From: an uncultured Bifidobacteriaceae bacterium
GTDB taxonomy: Bacteria > Actinomycetota > Actinomycetes > S36-B12
Direction of reading: 5' to 3'
Length of the DNA: 50,694 nucleotides
Assembly (NCBI GenBank): GCA_964551975.1
Contig: CAZKFI010000002.1
Span: forward strand, 1 to 50,694
The notes under the pieces were generated by a model. That model ran no database searches and was not told the DNA's origin. It worked only from the letters and a program-made list of their open reading frames with translations. Shown here in pieces: positions 1-10,692 of this stretch. The position numbers and the translations under genes were made by a program. Position 1 is the first letter of the stretch, and each line of letters opens with the position of its first letter.

Positions 1-24
1 GGCGAACGTTGTATCGCTGCTCAT
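1..24 (-). CDS. nuoD: NADH-quinone oxidoreductase subunit D, first 8 codons only (gene runs off the left edge)
   Basis: ATG at 24..22 overlaps the nuoC stop (TGATG junction) and reads MSSDTTFA. Identity is inferred only from nuoA-B-C-D gene order; the fragment is too short to recognise by sequence. Confidence 0.4.
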
Positions 25-764
25 CAGTTGTACGCCCTCCGCCGATCAGGTGCAGGGATGGTCGCGCCCTTGAATTCCACTTCAATGCCGCCGAGTGGGT
101 AGTCCTTGCGCTGCGGGTGCCCGATCCAGTCGTCCGGCATTTCGATGCGCGTCAATGCCGGGTGGCCGTCGAAAACGATGCCGAAGAAGTCCCAGGTTTC
201 ACGTTCATGCCAATCGCAGGTGGGGTACACCCCGACTATCGATGGAATGTGCGGGTCGGCATCAGGTGCAGTCACCTCAACTCGGATTCGACGATTGTGG
301 GTTATCGAGAGGAAGTGGTACACGGCATGCAGTTCACGTCCCGTGTCATCGGGAAAGTGCACGCCGCTGACGCCACTACAGAACTCGAAGCGCAGCCCTG
401 GCTCATCGCGCAGCGTGAGCGCAAAGGCGACAAGGTGTTCGCGAGTGACGAAGAAGGTGATCTCACCTCGATCTACGACAACCTTTTCAACCGACCCCTC
501 AGCGGGGACTCCCCGGGCTGCCAGGCAGAGTTCAAGTTCCTCCGCAAGTTCATCGAACCCGCCACCGTATGGACGCGAGCTCGGTCCGGGCATGACGCGC
601 ATATCGACAAGGCCGCCGAACCCGCTGGTATCTCCCGAGCCCTGCACACCGAAGGATCCGGAGGAAACATTGATGAGGTCGATGGCCTTGACCCCTTGGG
701 GTACCACCGGCTGCAGACCGCCCGCGTCGTTCGGCGATCCGGTCGCCGTCGTCGAGTCGCTCAC
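24..764 (-). CDS. nuoC: NADH-quinone oxidoreductase subunit C (30 kDa subunit)
   Basis: 246 aa. C-terminal signature [23 protein letters not shown]...RKDYPL is typical of NuoC. Overlaps the nuoB stop by 4 nt. Confidence 0.9.
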   Translation of the reverse strand: MSDSTTATGSPNDAGGLQPVVPQGVKAIDLINVSSGSFGVQGSGDTSGFGGLVDMRVMPGPSSRPYGGGFDELAEELELCLAARGVPAEGSVEKVVVDRGEITFFVTREHLVAFALTLRDEPGLRFEFCSGVSGVHFPDDTGRELHAVYHFLSITHNRRIRVEVTAPDADPHIPSIVGVYPTCDWHERETWDFFGIVFDGHPALTRIEMPDDWIGHPQRKDYPLGGIEVEFKGATIPAPDRRRAYN

Positions 765-1315
765 CGCAGCAGTCCCTTGAGTTCACGGGTGGGCGCAGCA
801 CCCAGTGCTGCAGTCTCCTGCGCGACCAACTCGGCGCGGCGGTTAGGTCCGAGCTTGGAATCCTGGATCTTGTCGTGCAACTTCAAGATCGCGTCGATCA
901 GCATTTCCGGCCGCGGCGGACATCCCGGTAGGTAGATGTCGACCGGAACGACGTGGTCAACACCCTGCACGATGGCGTAGTTGTTGAACATGCCGCCACT
1001 CGAGGCACATACGCCCATGGCCAGGACCCATTTCGGATTCGGCATTTGGTCGTAGACCTGTCGCACGACTGGCGCCATCTTCTGACTGACCCGGCCCGCC
1101 ACGATCATCAGGTCTGCCTGGCGTGGTGATGCGCGGAACACCTCCATACCGAAGCGTGCGATGTCGTATCGGGGACCGCCGGTGGCCATCATCTCGATTG
1201 CACAGCAGGCAAGACCGAATGTGGCGGGCCACAGTGATCCCTTGCGTGCGTAACCGGCGAACTTTTCGACGGTAGTGAGCAGTAAGCCGGAGGGAAGTGC
1301 CTCTTCGAGTCCCAT
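761..1315 (-). CDS. nuoB: NADH-quinone oxidoreductase subunit B
   Basis: 184 aa. Cluster N2 ligand motifs [18 protein letters not shown] and LPGCPPRPE. Confidence 0.95.
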   Translation of the reverse strand: MGLEEALPSGLLLTTVEKFAGYARKGSLWPATFGLACCAIEMMATGGPRYDIARFGMEVFRASPRQADLMIVAGRVSQKMAPVVRQVYDQMPNPKWVLAMGVCASSGGMFNNYAIVQGVDHVVPVDIYLPGCPPRPEMLIDAILKLHDKIQDSKLGPNRRAELVAQETAALGAAPTRELKGLLR

Positions 1316-1321
1316 GCTGCC

Positions 1322-1681
1322 TCAATCCCACTCAAGCCCGCGACGCCGCCAAACGTAGGCGTACACCACGAGCAGGGTCACGATGAACAACACCATTTCA
1401 ATCAGCCCGAACAGCGCCAGTTGATCGAAGGCAACGGCCCAGGGGTACAGGAAGACGATTTCAATGTCGAAGATGATGAACAGCATCGCCGTCAGGTAGT
1501 ACTTCACCGGGAAGCGTCCACCGCCTACCGGCTGCGGGGTGGGATCGATACCGCATTCATAGGCATCGACCTTGGCGCGGTTGTAGCGCTTGGGGCCAGT
1601 AATCGTGGCCACTGCCACGGAAAACACTGCAAACCCGAAGGCGATGAGGCCGAGCACCAGGATCGGCGCGTAGACGTTCAA
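1322..1681 (-). CDS. nuoA: NADH-quinone oxidoreductase subunit A
   Basis: 119 aa, 3 TM helices. MNVY N-terminus and YECGIDP motif as in mycobacterial NuoA. TTG start with GAGGGG about 12 nt upstream. Confidence 0.88.
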   Translation of the reverse strand: MNVYAPILVLGLIAFGFAVFSVAVATITGPKRYNRAKVDAYECGIDPTPQPVGGGRFPVKYYLTAMLFIIFDIEIVFLYPWAVAFDQLALFGLIEMVLFIVTLLVVYAYVWRRRGLEWD

Positions 1682-1727
1682 CCCTGGATCAACCCCTCAA
1701 GTCTGGCCCGTGGTCCCTACCTCGCCC

Positions 1728-1745
1728 TTGTGACTGCATTCACGA
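1728..1745. promoter_or_regulatory. Rex operator (ROP-like inverted repeat) upstream of nuoA
   Basis: TTGTGACTGCATTCACGA versus consensus TTGTGAA-N4-TTCACAA (6/7 + 6/7; core TGTGA-N6-TCAC). Lies 47-64 nt upstream of the nuoA start. A rex gene is present in the same window. Confidence 0.55.
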
Positions 1746-1788
1746 AGCGAGTAACAGCCGTCAGCATAGTGCGACTGCACTGCTCCAC

Positions 1789-2484
1789 TCACCCTGGGTT
1801 GACGGCTCGATGGAGCGCCACGATGCCCCCGGAGAGGTTGCGCCACTCGACCCGAGTCCAGCCGGAGCCAACCAGATCGTCGGCAAGCGCCTCCTGGTTG
1901 GGCCAGGCACGAATCGACTCGGCGAGGTAGCGATAGGCCTCGGGATTGCTCGACACCCGGCCCGCGACAGCCGGCAGGGCTCGCATCAGGTACTCCATAT
2001 AAATGGACCGGAACAGCCCATTGGTCGGGTGGGAGAACTCACAGATCACCAGACGCCCGCCTGGACGCACGACACGGCGCAGTTCCGAAAGACCCTGATG
2101 CCGGTCGACCAGATTGCGCAGGCCAAAAGAGATCGTTGCCGCGTCGAAGACCTGGTCGCCGAAGGGCAGGGCTAACCCATCGCCAGCCACGAAGGCCAGG
2201 CTGGGGTGACGACGACGCCCCTGCCGCAGCATGCCGAGGGAGAAATCCGTGGCCACCACCCGGGCACCTGCTTTGGCGAAGGGCAGGCTCGAAGTACCCG
2301 TACCCGCAGCCAGATCCAAGATGCGCATCCCAGCCAGCGGCCGTACCGCCGACACCACGGCATTGCGCCAGCGGCGGGTCTGCCCCAGCGCCAGCACGTC
2401 ATTGGTGAGGTCGTACCTCGGGGCCACCTCATCGAACATGGCGGCAACAGCGGCCGGATCCTTGCCCAAATCTGCACGCGCCAC
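1789..2484 (-). CDS. menG: Demethylmenaquinone methyltransferase (UbiE/MenG family)
   Basis: 231 aa. SAM-binding [16 protein letters not shown], and a YRYL...SI tail typical of UbiE/MenG. GTG start. Confidence 0.9.
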   Translation of the reverse strand: MARADLGKDPAAVAAMFDEVAPRYDLTNDVLALGQTRRWRNAVVSAVRPLAGMRILDLAAGTGTSSLPFAKAGARVVATDFSLGMLRQGRRRHPSLAFVAGDGLALPFGDQVFDAATISFGLRNLVDRHQGLSELRRVVRPGGRLVICEFSHPTNGLFRSIYMEYLMRALPAVAGRVSSNPEAYRYLAESIRAWPNQEALADDLVGSGWTRVEWRNLSGGIVALHRAVNPG

Positions 2485-2610
2485 GTTCGCAGTCTGTCAC
2501 CGCTGCACATGACCTGCATCCGCGGAACGTGACCAACACCACGGTGTCAGCCGCAGGCAGCCCCTAGAACTGCTGGTGCAGGCGGGGCGGACCCGGCCTA
2601 GCCTTTGAGC

Positions 2611-3894
2611 ATGAATCCGGCACCGCCGAGCATCGCCCGGCAGCGCAGTGTCGGAGGACAAGCAGCGCCCATTGTGCGTACCCGACCTATCGACGATCCC
2701 GAGGCACTGCTCGCACTACTGCCGAACGACCATCCTTCGGCCTGGGTGCGCGATGGTGAAGGACTCGTGGGCTGGGGCGTTGCCGCGGAACTCCAGGTGC
2801 GTGGCTTCGAACGGTTCAGCCGGACACAGCGCTGGTGGAGTTCCTGGTGCCAGGCCGCCACGATCGACGACACGGTTTCAATGCCCGGCAGCGGCCCTGT
2901 TGCCTTTGGCTCCTTCACTTTTGATCCGGATGCCTGGTCATCGATCGTCATCGTGCCGAAGGTCATCGTGGGTCGCCGCGGCGGCCAGGCCTGGATGACG
3001 GTGATCCACACCCCGGACGAAGACATCTCCGCAAGCCGCACGCTGCTGCACGCTGTCGAGCCACCCGCATCGGTAGAAGCTGTGCAATGGAAGCCGGGTG
3101 CGGCTACCGAAGAGCGTTGGCAGAACGCCGTTCGTGAGGCAGTACGCCGGATCAACGCGGGTGAGTTCGACAAGGTCGTCCTCGCTCGCGACATCATCGG
3201 GCAGGTCACCGGACCCCTGGACCTACGACTCCTACTCGCCAATCTGGCCACCGCCTACCCCAGCTGCTGGACCTTTGCGGTGGACGGCCTCGTGGGTGCA
3301 ACTCCGGAACTGCTGGTACGCCGTACCGGTGACCTGGTCACCAGCAGGGTGCTTGCCGGGACTGTCCGCCGTCAGGGTGAGGCATCCGTTGATGCCACCC
3401 TCGCCGAGGCTCTGCTCAGCAGCGGCAAGGACCTCGAGGAACACGAGTACGCAGTGCACTCCGTCGCCCGGGCGCTCGCAGCGCACTGCACCGACTTGGA
3501 TGTGCCCGCACGTCCGCATGTCCTGCGGCTGGCGAACGTCCAACATCTGGCCACCGACGTCACCGGTCAGTTGGCCGACGGAACGTCTGTGCTCGGCCTG
3601 GCAGCCGCCCTGCACCCGACAGCTGCCGTGTGTGGAACACCGACCGAACGTGCGATGGCTGCAATCCGCGAACTCGAAGGCATGGATCGACGCAGGTACG
3701 CCGGGCCCGTGGGCTGGTTCGATGCGCACGGTGATGGCGAATTCGGCATTGCACTGCGCTGCGCTGAGGTCGATGCGGCAAGCGGCCGAGTTCGTGCTTT
3801 TGCCGGCTGCGGGATCGTCAGTGGATCGAATGCCGAGCAGGAGTTAGCCGAGTCGACGGCGAAACTCTCACCGATCATCAACGCGCTGGGCTGA
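2611..3894 (+). CDS. menF: Isochorismate synthase
   Basis: Chorismate-binding C-terminal half: GTPTERAMAAIRELEGMDRRRYAGPVGW, FGIALRCA, AGCGIV. Sits in the men context. ATG at 2611; the track uses TTG at 2605. Confidence 0.85.
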   Translation: MNPAPPSIARQRSVGGQAAPIVRTRPIDDPEALLALLPNDHPSAWVRDGEGLVGWGVAAELQVRGFERFSRTQRWWSSWCQAATIDDTVSMPGSGPVAFGSFTFDPDAWSSIVIVPKVIVGRRGGQAWMTVIHTPDEDISASRTLLHAVEPPASVEAVQWKPGAATEERWQNAVREAVRRINAGEFDKVVLARDIIGQVTGPLDLRLLLANLATAYPSCWTFAVDGLVGATPELLVRRTGDLVTSRVLAGTVRRQGEASVDATLAEALLSSGKDLEEHEYAVHSVARALAAHCTDLDVPARPHVLRLANVQHLATDVTGQLADGTSVLGLAAALHPTAAVCGTPTERAMAAIRELEGMDRRRYAGPVGWFDAHGDGEFGIALRCAEVDAASGRVRAFAGCGIVSGSNAEQELAESTAKLSPIINALG

Positions 3895-5484
3895 ACGCTC
3901 TGCCCGCAAGCAGGCCACTGCACCACCGAAGTCGTCGTCGACGAACCGCTGCCAGGTCGTCCAGCGGCTATCGCGCTCACTGTCCAGCAGACCCAGCATT
4001 GCGTCATTGACTGCCAGGACGTAGGCCCGAACCTCCTCAAACTGCAGGCGCACTGCCACATCCAGCAAATGCCGAATCATGAGTCGACCGATTCCACGGT
4101 GGTGCCAGGCGTCATCCACGATCACCGCGATCTCACCGCAGTCCACATCATCCGGGCTGATGGGAAAGGCGTTACCGACGGCGACCACCGCGTGGTCCAT
4201 GGTCACTGCCACCAGGGTCGCACCGCGATGACCTCCGGCAATCCGACGCAGATTGTCTTCGCGCCAGGCATTCATCGGTGTGAAGTACCGCTGGTACCTG
4301 CTCTCCTCGGAGCAGCGCTCGTGCATCCGCGCGATAGCTTCACCGTCCTGCGGACGGGCAAGGCGGATCACCAGCACTGTGCCATCGGCCAGAACCTCCG
4401 TCCACCCGTAGTCCTCACCAAACCCGCGAATCTGGGCGAGTGCAGCAACCAGTGCCAGCAGCGTTGAGGCACGATTGCGCTCCGTGACTGTGAATGGAAT
4501 CACCTGACGTCGCAAGATCACATGACGGTCGATGGTCCACTGCAACCTCATAACGAAAGCTGTTGCATTGTCGCCTTCGGCTGCTGGAACTACCTCCCAT
4601 GAGTCGGCGAGCACGAGATCAGCCGCTGCCTGCGGTGCAGCGTCCGGATCCGATGCAAGTGAGACGCACCGTTCGAGTACCCGCGTGGCGATGTCTTCAC
4701 GGTCCTCAGGCAATCCGCGAGTGACGCTCGCCGAACCACTGACTGAGGACATTGCTTGCAGAATGCTCATGCGATCCACGTCCAGTGGTGCACCGAGTAG
4801 GAGATCTACGAGCTGCTCACCATGAACAGGACTCGCAGCGAGCACCGTCATAACTTGGCCGCGCACCATGGCCACCGAGCGAAGCAGCTGCGGTAGCGCA
4901 GTGGCGGTATCCGGAATCACCGTGCGCGCCCGCCAATACTGCACCTGCCTGCCAGGGGACGCGATCTGCGGATGTTCCGGGGCCAATGATTCGAGCAATC
5001 GAGCAGACAGTGCTGCCCATGAGCGCTCATCAACCCACCGACCAAGGTCTATGCCATCCGCCGCAGTCGCGGCCTGGCGAAGCAGGGTGAGCCCAGCACT
5101 GACAGCCATCATGTGCAGGGCGGCAGCCTGAGTATCGACCGCATCGTCGATTGCTCCGCTGCCGCGTAACTGATGGACGACGCTACGTGTGGCTGCCCAA
5201 CGCTGCTCCAATCTCGCATCAACTAGGCCGGCCAGTACCGGATCCTCCCCTGCCAATGCCAGTGCCTGAAGTTCCCGGCGATCCCAGGCGGCAGCCGGTG
5301 TGGTCAGCACGGTGCGTGCTGCCTCCATGAGCAACGACATGGGATCGGCTTGGGCGTCACGAGCCTGAGCCTGCATTGCCCGTGCCACCGGCGGAAACGG
5401 CAGGCCAGCGGTGATCGACCGAAGTGATTTTGCGGCTGCACGCAAAGCGCGAGTCAGTGCGCGATCCGGTGCATCTTTGGCCAT
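3868..5484 (-). CDS. Multidomain protein with a C-terminal GNAT acetyltransferase domain; N-terminal about 340 aa uncharacterised
   Basis: 538 aa. The last about 170 aa carry a GNAT acetyl-CoA site (IAVIVDDAWHHRGIGRLMIRHLL). The N-terminus looks like a helical TetR-C-like region, followed by possible ACT-like beta-alpha-beta-beta-alpha-beta segments; this is a guess. The ATG overlaps the menD stop (TAATG). Confidence 0.7.
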   Translation of the reverse strand: MAKDAPDRALTRALRAAAKSLRSITAGLPFPPVARAMQAQARDAQADPMSLLMEAARTVLTTPAAAWDRRELQALALAGEDPVLAGLVDARLEQRWAATRSVVHQLRGSGAIDDAVDTQAAALHMMAVSAGLTLLRQAATAADGIDLGRWVDERSWAALSARLLESLAPEHPQIASPGRQVQYWRARTVIPDTATALPQLLRSVAMVRGQVMTVLAASPVHGEQLVDLLLGAPLDVDRMSILQAMSSVSGSASVTRGLPEDREDIATRVLERCVSLASDPDAAPQAAADLVLADSWEVVPAAEGDNATAFVMRLQWTIDRHVILRRQVIPFTVTERNRASTLLALVAALAQIRGFGEDYGWTEVLADGTVLVIRLARPQDGEAIARMHERCSEESRYQRYFTPMNAWREDNLRRIAGGHRGATLVAVTMDHAVVAVGNAFPISPDDVDCGEIAVIVDDAWHHRGIGRLMIRHLLDVAVRLQFEEVRAYVLAVNDAMLGLLDSERDSRWTTWQRFVDDDFGGAVACLRAERSAQRVDDR

Positions 5485-7298
5485 TAGTCGCTCGCGTCGA
5501 TGGCTTCGCTGACCGCTGCCTGAATACTCGTCAAGATCCGAGCCTCCTCAGCCCGCGCACAGGTACGTGCCACGATCACCTGAACACCGCCTGCTGTCAG
5601 TGCTCCAGGCAGGGCCGCACGTAGGTCAACCTCTGACTGCACGACTGTCACGGGCAGACCGCAGGCGCGGGCAAGTTCAGCGACATCCCCGGTAACTGGG
5701 GTTCCGAAGACACGTTCGAAGTGGTCAGCGAACTGCGGTTGCCCTTGCTCAAGTTGACTGAAGATTCCCCCACCATCGTTATCGCTGACCACGATCACCA
5801 GATTAGGTTGCGCCTCCTGGGCCGGAATCATCAGAGCGCTGTCGTCGTACCGGAACGCCAGGTCGCCGACCAAGGCAACGGCTACGCCGCCATCAGCCCG
5901 CTGATGTGCAACCGCCGCACCCCACGCCGTGGAGAGGGAACCATCAATTCCAGAGGTCCCTCGATTCCCCACGACATACGCCTGGGATGGACTGCGCCCG
6001 GCGAATGCCGCGGCATGTCGCACCGGCCATGAAGCGCCGAGAAAGAGCAGACCATCAGGGGGTACTGCACTGGCACAACTGCGTGCCACATCGATTCCGG
6101 TGAACAACTCAGGATGCACTGCGGTTTCAATCGCCGCAGCTGCCAGCACATCGGCACGTTGCCACTGCACCAACCAGTCGTTTGCCGGGATCTCGTGAGC
6201 ACTTGGCAGCGGGACGCCGGTGATCACCATGTCGGCGGTGCGGGTGGGATCCGCCCATGGCGCTCGAGCGTTGACCGTGACGTGCCAGGGCGACTGAGCG
6301 ACCGTCCGAAGTACTGATCGGGTGAGACCCAAGCGACCAACGGTCAACACGAAATCCGGCCTCATCGCCTCGGCAAAACTCGGACTTGCCAACAACAGGG
6401 GGCCGTGGGCCAGCGCCAGCGCGCAGCCAGCCACATTGCCGGAAGGCTCACCAATGATGGGCCAACCCATCGCCTCAGAGAGATCGTCGATGAGTTCGAT
6501 CGCGTCGGCGTCACACTGATCGCCGACCAAAATCAAGCCTCGGGTCGGGGCCGGTCCACTCCACCCAAGATCGTCCAGTACGTCGTCAATCGTGACGCTC
6601 ATGGCTCCGAACATGCGCCCGTCGATGGTCCACGGTCGATCATCGGGGCGACCGGCCAGCACCCCCGCAGGTTCGCTGGCTTCAGTCACGTCAACGGAGT
6701 TCGTACCGCCGGTGGCCCCATCCTTCGGCGTATCCGGGCCTGGCACCAGGGGATCCGCAAAGGGCAGATTGAGCTGAACGGGACCGGGATCCGTGGGATC
6801 GGTGGCCACCGCGATCGCATGAGCGACTGTCGAGCGCCAGTAGCGCACGGCCGCCCGCTGCTGGGCTTCATCGGCCACGGACATGATCTGCAGTTCGAAG
6901 GTGCGCCGCACACAGGTTCCGAAGATGCCGAGCTGCTCAATGGCCTGGTTGGCACCCACCTGCCGTAGTGGACCTGGTCGATCCGCTGTCAGGGCAAGAA
7001 TGGGGATGCCGCTCTCGTCGGCTTCAACAAGTGCTGGATGCAGATTCACTGCTGCTGTGCCGGAGGTGGTCACCACCGCCACCGGTGACTGACTCACCTT
7101 GGCAAGACCCACGGCCAGGTACCCGGCAGAACGTTCATCGATCCTTACGTGCAGACACAGTCGACCGGCGCGTTCAGCTGCACTCAACGCGAGGGCAAGC
7201 GGCGCTGATCTCGAGCCCGGTGCGAGGACGACATCTTCGACTCCGCCGCGGATGAGTTCATCGACCAGCACCTGAGCCTGGGCGGTCGACGTCTCCAC
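5484..7298 (-). CDS. menD: SEPHCHC synthase (2-succinyl-5-enolpyruvyl-6-hydroxy-3-cyclohexene-1-carboxylate synthase)
   Basis: 604 aa. ThDP-enzyme layout, with GDLAFRYD...NDGGGIF in the ThDP-binding motif and APGSRSAPL at the N-terminus. Confidence 0.93.
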   Translation of the reverse strand: METSTAQAQVLVDELIRGGVEDVVLAPGSRSAPLALALSAAERAGRLCLHVRIDERSAGYLAVGLAKVSQSPVAVVTTSGTAAVNLHPALVEADESGIPILALTADRPGPLRQVGANQAIEQLGIFGTCVRRTFELQIMSVADEAQQRAAVRYWRSTVAHAIAVATDPTDPGPVQLNLPFADPLVPGPDTPKDGATGGTNSVDVTEASEPAGVLAGRPDDRPWTIDGRMFGAMSVTIDDVLDDLGWSGPAPTRGLILVGDQCDADAIELIDDLSEAMGWPIIGEPSGNVAGCALALAHGPLLLASPSFAEAMRPDFVLTVGRLGLTRSVLRTVAQSPWHVTVNARAPWADPTRTADMVITGVPLPSAHEIPANDWLVQWQRADVLAAAAIETAVHPELFTGIDVARSCASAVPPDGLLFLGASWPVRHAAAFAGRSPSQAYVVGNRGTSGIDGSLSTAWGAAVAHQRADGGVAVALVGDLAFRYDDSALMIPAQEAQPNLVIVVSDNDGGGIFSQLEQGQPQFADHFERVFGTPVTGDVAELARACGLPVTVVQSEVDLRAALPGALTAGGVQVIVARTCARAEEARILTSIQAAVSEAIDASD

Positions 7299-7307
7299 CC
7301 AGTCAGC

Positions 7308-8333
7308 CTATGAGGCTCTAGGTGGCGTCACCAGTTGTTCCCAACGTGCTGCGGTACCCCCCTGCCAGGCACGGCGCACGCGATCGAGCAGTTGGCGCCG
7401 GCGCTGCTCGCTCAGGGCTCCTGCGGCCTGGTGGAGGCGATCGAGTGAGCCCACGGGGCGCGTGGTGGGTAACCGACCGAAGTTCGCGATGAGCGGGGGT
7501 TCGGTGAGATCCGTTGCGAGCAGGCTGGACGTACCCAGACCACATGCACGATCAACGGGTAATGCCGCAGCCAGGGCGAGCCCGGGACCAAGGCCGACCG
7601 AGCTGTCTAGTGATCCGCTCACCACAACGGGGAGATCGATCGCACGAGCCAGTGCCATGCATCGCTGCACGCCACCCAGTGGTGCGGCTTTCAGGATGAT
7701 CACATCTGCGCACTGGCGAATCAGATCGAGGGCGGTGAATGGGTCGGGGTTTCGACGAATGAGCTCATCAACGGCGATGGGGACTCCGGTAGTCGCTCGG
7801 ATCTGCTGCAGTGCCGAAGGTTCCAGGCAGGGCTGCTCCACGTACTCGATGGGACAGTCTCGTAGGTGATCGAGCACTTCGATCGCCTGGTTCGGCTCCC
7901 AGGCACCGTTGGCATCGAGTCTGATCCGCCATTGGTCACCGGGCGCAGTTTGTGCGATGTGAGTACAGATGGCGTTGACACGTCGCACATCTTCGACTGG
8001 GTCATCACCCACCTTGAGTTTGAATACCTGATGCCCTCTATCTAACGCAGCATCGACCAGACTGAGGGCGTCGCCAATGGCGATGGCCGGAATGATCGCG
8101 TTGACGGTGACCTGTTCGATCCGTGGGATCGGCCATTCGCCGAAGGCAGCCTCAACAGCACAATCCAGCCAGCGGCTCGCTGCAACATCGTCATAGTCGT
8201 CAAAGGGCGCGAACTCGCCCCAGCCACTGGGTCCAATGAAGATGACACCGGTTCGTTCCCGCACCCCTCGGAACGGCACCTGCAGACGGATCAGGAAAGG
8301 AAAGGCAACGGCCAGCAGGTCATCGACGGTCAT
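7308..8333 (-). CDS. menC: o-Succinylbenzoate synthase (enolase superfamily)
   Basis: 341 aa. FKLKVG, IRLDANGAW, YVEQP and IAVDE metal/base motifs. Lies between menB and menD. Confidence 0.85.
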   Translation of the reverse strand: MTVDDLLAVAFPFLIRLQVPFRGVRERTGVIFIGPSGWGEFAPFDDYDDVAASRWLDCAVEAAFGEWPIPRIEQVTVNAIIPAIAIGDALSLVDAALDRGHQVFKLKVGDDPVEDVRRVNAICTHIAQTAPGDQWRIRLDANGAWEPNQAIEVLDHLRDCPIEYVEQPCLEPSALQQIRATTGVPIAVDELIRRNPDPFTALDLIRQCADVIILKAAPLGGVQRCMALARAIDLPVVVSGSLDSSVGLGPGLALAAALPVDRACGLGTSSLLATDLTEPPLIANFGRLPTTRPVGSLDRLHQAAGALSEQRRRQLLDRVRRAWQGGTAARWEQLVTPPRAS

Positions 8334-8347
8334 CGCTGGAAGCGGAC

Positions 8348-9310
8348 CTAGGGTCGCTTGGGGAACTTCCCGAAATCCGGTGCCCGCTTCTGCTTGTAGG
8401 CGTCGCGCCCCTCCTGACCTTCTTCGGTCATGTAGAACAGCAGCGTCGAATCACCAGCCAACTGTTGAATACCCGCTAGGCCATCGTCGGCTGCGTTGTG
8501 GGCGCCCTTCAGCATTCGTAGGGCCAAGGGCGACAGGGCAAGCATTTCCTTAGCCCAGGACACCGTCTCGATCTCGAGATCTTCGATGGGAACGACCGCG
8601 TTGACCAAACCCCAGTCGTAGGCCTGCTCGGCTCCGTACTGACGGCACAGGTACCACACCTCACGTGACCGCTTGACCCCGATGGTGCGCGCGAGCAACC
8701 CGGAGCCGTAGCCACCGTCGAAGGAGCCAACCCGCGGACCGGTCTGCCCAAATCGCGCATTGTTGGCCGCAATCGACAAGTCGCAGACCACATGGAGAAC
8801 ATGCCCACCACCGATTGCGTATCCCGCGATCATGGCGATCACCGGCTTGGGCGTGCGACGAATCTGAATCTGCAGGTCAAGAACGTTCAGTCGTCCGATA
8901 CCCCGCCGTGCTACCTCATCATCACCGATGTAGCCGTCGTCGCCCCTGATCATCTGGTCACCGCCTGAGCAGAATGCCCAGTCGCCTTGACCGGTGAGGA
9001 TGATCACCCCGATGCTGTCATCATCACGAGCGACGTTCATCGCATCACACAACTCGAAAAGCGTCTGGGGGCGGAAGGCGTTGCGCTTCTGCGGTCGATT
9101 GATGGTGATCTTGGCTATTCCAGCGTCATCACCGGTTGAGTGCTCCAGACGGATATCCCGATAGTCACCCTTGACCTGCCAGGTGCAACCGGGCCGAGCC
9201 GACGAGTACCCCGGGTCCGTGTACGCAGGTGAACTCTCCGGCACCACGGGTGGCAGCACGTAGCGCTTGCGCGAGTCAAATGACTCGCTGAGATCAAAAG
9301 ACCCGCTCAT
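8348..9310 (-). CDS. menB: 1,4-dihydroxy-2-naphthoyl-CoA synthase
   Basis: 320 aa crotonase fold: [18 protein letters not shown], and a C-terminal [13 protein letters not shown] tail typical of actinobacterial MenB. Confidence 0.95.
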   Translation of the reverse strand: MSGSFDLSESFDSRKRYVLPPVVPESSPAYTDPGYSSARPGCTWQVKGDYRDIRLEHSTGDDAGIAKITINRPQKRNAFRPQTLFELCDAMNVARDDDSIGVIILTGQGDWAFCSGGDQMIRGDDGYIGDDEVARRGIGRLNVLDLQIQIRRTPKPVIAMIAGYAIGGGHVLHVVCDLSIAANNARFGQTGPRVGSFDGGYGSGLLARTIGVKRSREVWYLCRQYGAEQAYDWGLVNAVVPIEDLEIETVSWAKEMLALSPLALRMLKGAHNAADDGLAGIQQLAGDSTLLFYMTEEGQEGRDAYKQKRAPDFGKFPKRP

Positions 9311-9342
9311 GTTGGTAACGCTACCGCGACTACGCTCCTGGA

Positions 9343-10692
9343 GTGTCAGTCAGGCCATTGCATCGCTTCCCGGTGACCCCGGGTCCGGACGGCGCGATGC
9401 GACTGTTCGATGCACTCCCCGATGCTCTCGCCGGGCACGGACCTGCACTTGCACCAGTGCCGACCATCAGCCTGACCACACCGCAGGAGGTTGTCCAGCA
9501 CATGCTGGCGGCCACGCGCCCAGACGATCCTTCAATACCCCTTGAGCATTCAGAGGTAGCGCTGGTACTGGCCACCTCAGGATCGACGGGTTCACCCCGC
9601 GGTGTTCTGTTGAGTGCGAGCGGTCTTCAGGCACTTGATCATCAGGTCCTGCAGCGCGTACGACCCGTTGAGTCGGGGGCTGAGTCGAGAGTTGAGCCCG
9701 TAGGCGCCGTGCAATGGATTGCCGCACTTCCGGTCACCTCCATGGGTGGCTGCAATGTGTTGATCAGGTCACTTGCCGCTGGAACCTCGCCGCTGTTCGC
9801 GTCGAGTATTGGTGGAATGACGCCCTTCACCGTGGAGGCGTTCACAGGTGCTGTGGCCAGGGCCAGTCTTGATCAGCACGGCCGACGGAACCTGCTGGCT
9901 ACGTCACTGGTTGCCGCTCAGGTCCGTCGTCTGCTGGCTGACCCGGAAGGTTGCGACGCACTTCGTGCCTGTCAGCTGGTGCTCGTGGGCGGTGGCCCAC
10001 TGCCTGCACCGGTAGCCCTGGCAGCCAGGGAGGCGGGTGTAACGCTGACGACCACCTACGGCGCTACTGAGACCGGGGGTGGTTGCGTCTTCGATGGGCA
10101 CCCTTTGGCTTCGGTCCAGGTCCGGCTACGCAGACCTGACGGCACGTACCTTCCGCCGCTATCAACTGATGCGCCGGGCCAACCCTTTCCCGTGAGTGAG
10201 TGTGATGAATCTGGTGAAATCGTCATAGCCGGGCCGATGCTGGCACTCGGCTATCGCTGCAATCCGCAGGCCACCCAACAATCGTTTACCGCGGCTGGCT
10301 ACCGCACTGGTGACATCGGCCGTTGGAGCGCCTCCGGCACGTTGGAAGTGCATGGTCGCGCCGACGACATCATCGCGGTACGCGGCACCAACGTGGCGTT
10401 GGGTGCCGTCGAAGCCGCAATAAGTCAACTCCCGGAAATTGCAGCCGTTGCTGCGATACCCAGCGGATCCTTGGATGATCCAGCGATTACGGTCTGCGCC
10501 GTGCTCGGAAATCAGGACCGAGACCGAGCCGACATGCCTGACATGGAGGCGATCATCCGCACTCAGGTTCGCGAGCAACTCGGTAGCGCCGCCACTCCCG
10601 CGAGGATCGTCTTCCTTGACCAGTTGCCCCTGCTGCCCGGTGGCAAGATCGACCGGGTGAGCCTGCGCCGCGCAATGACCACCCAGCCATGA
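9343..10692 (+). CDS. menE: o-Succinylbenzoate-CoA ligase
   Basis: 449 aa adenylate-forming enzyme: [32 protein letters not shown]. Divergent from menB; overlaps the menA start by 4 nt. GTG start. Confidence 0.85.
   Translation: MSVRPLHRFPVTPGPDGAMRLFDALPDALAGHGPALAPVPTISLTTPQEVVQHMLAATRPDDPSIPLEHSEVALVLATSGSTGSPRGVLLSASGLQALDHQVLQRVRPVESGAESRVEPVGAVQWIAALPVTSMGGCNVLIRSLAAGTSPLFASSIGGMTPFTVEAFTGAVARASLDQHGRRNLLATSLVAAQVRRLLADPEGCDALRACQLVLVGGGPLPAPVALAAREAGVTLTTTYGATETGGGCVFDGHPLASVQVRLRRPDGTYLPPLSTDAPGQPFPVSECDESGEIVIAGPMLALGYRCNPQATQQSFTAAGYRTGDIGRWSASGTLEVHGRADDIIAVRGTNVALGAVEAAISQLPEIAAVAAIPSGSLDDPAITVCAVLGNQDRDRADMPDMEAIIRTQVREQLGSAATPARIVFLDQLPLLPGGKIDRVSLRRAMTTQP

Noticed and set aside
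9-935. 308-aa plus-strand ORF, with nested 224-aa and 91-aa ORFs, across the nuoC/nuoB region
   Set aside because: It is antisense to unmistakable NuoB and NuoC. Its Arg/Ala/Gly/Ser-rich composition is typical of stop-poor shadow frames in high-GC DNA, and it has no motifs.
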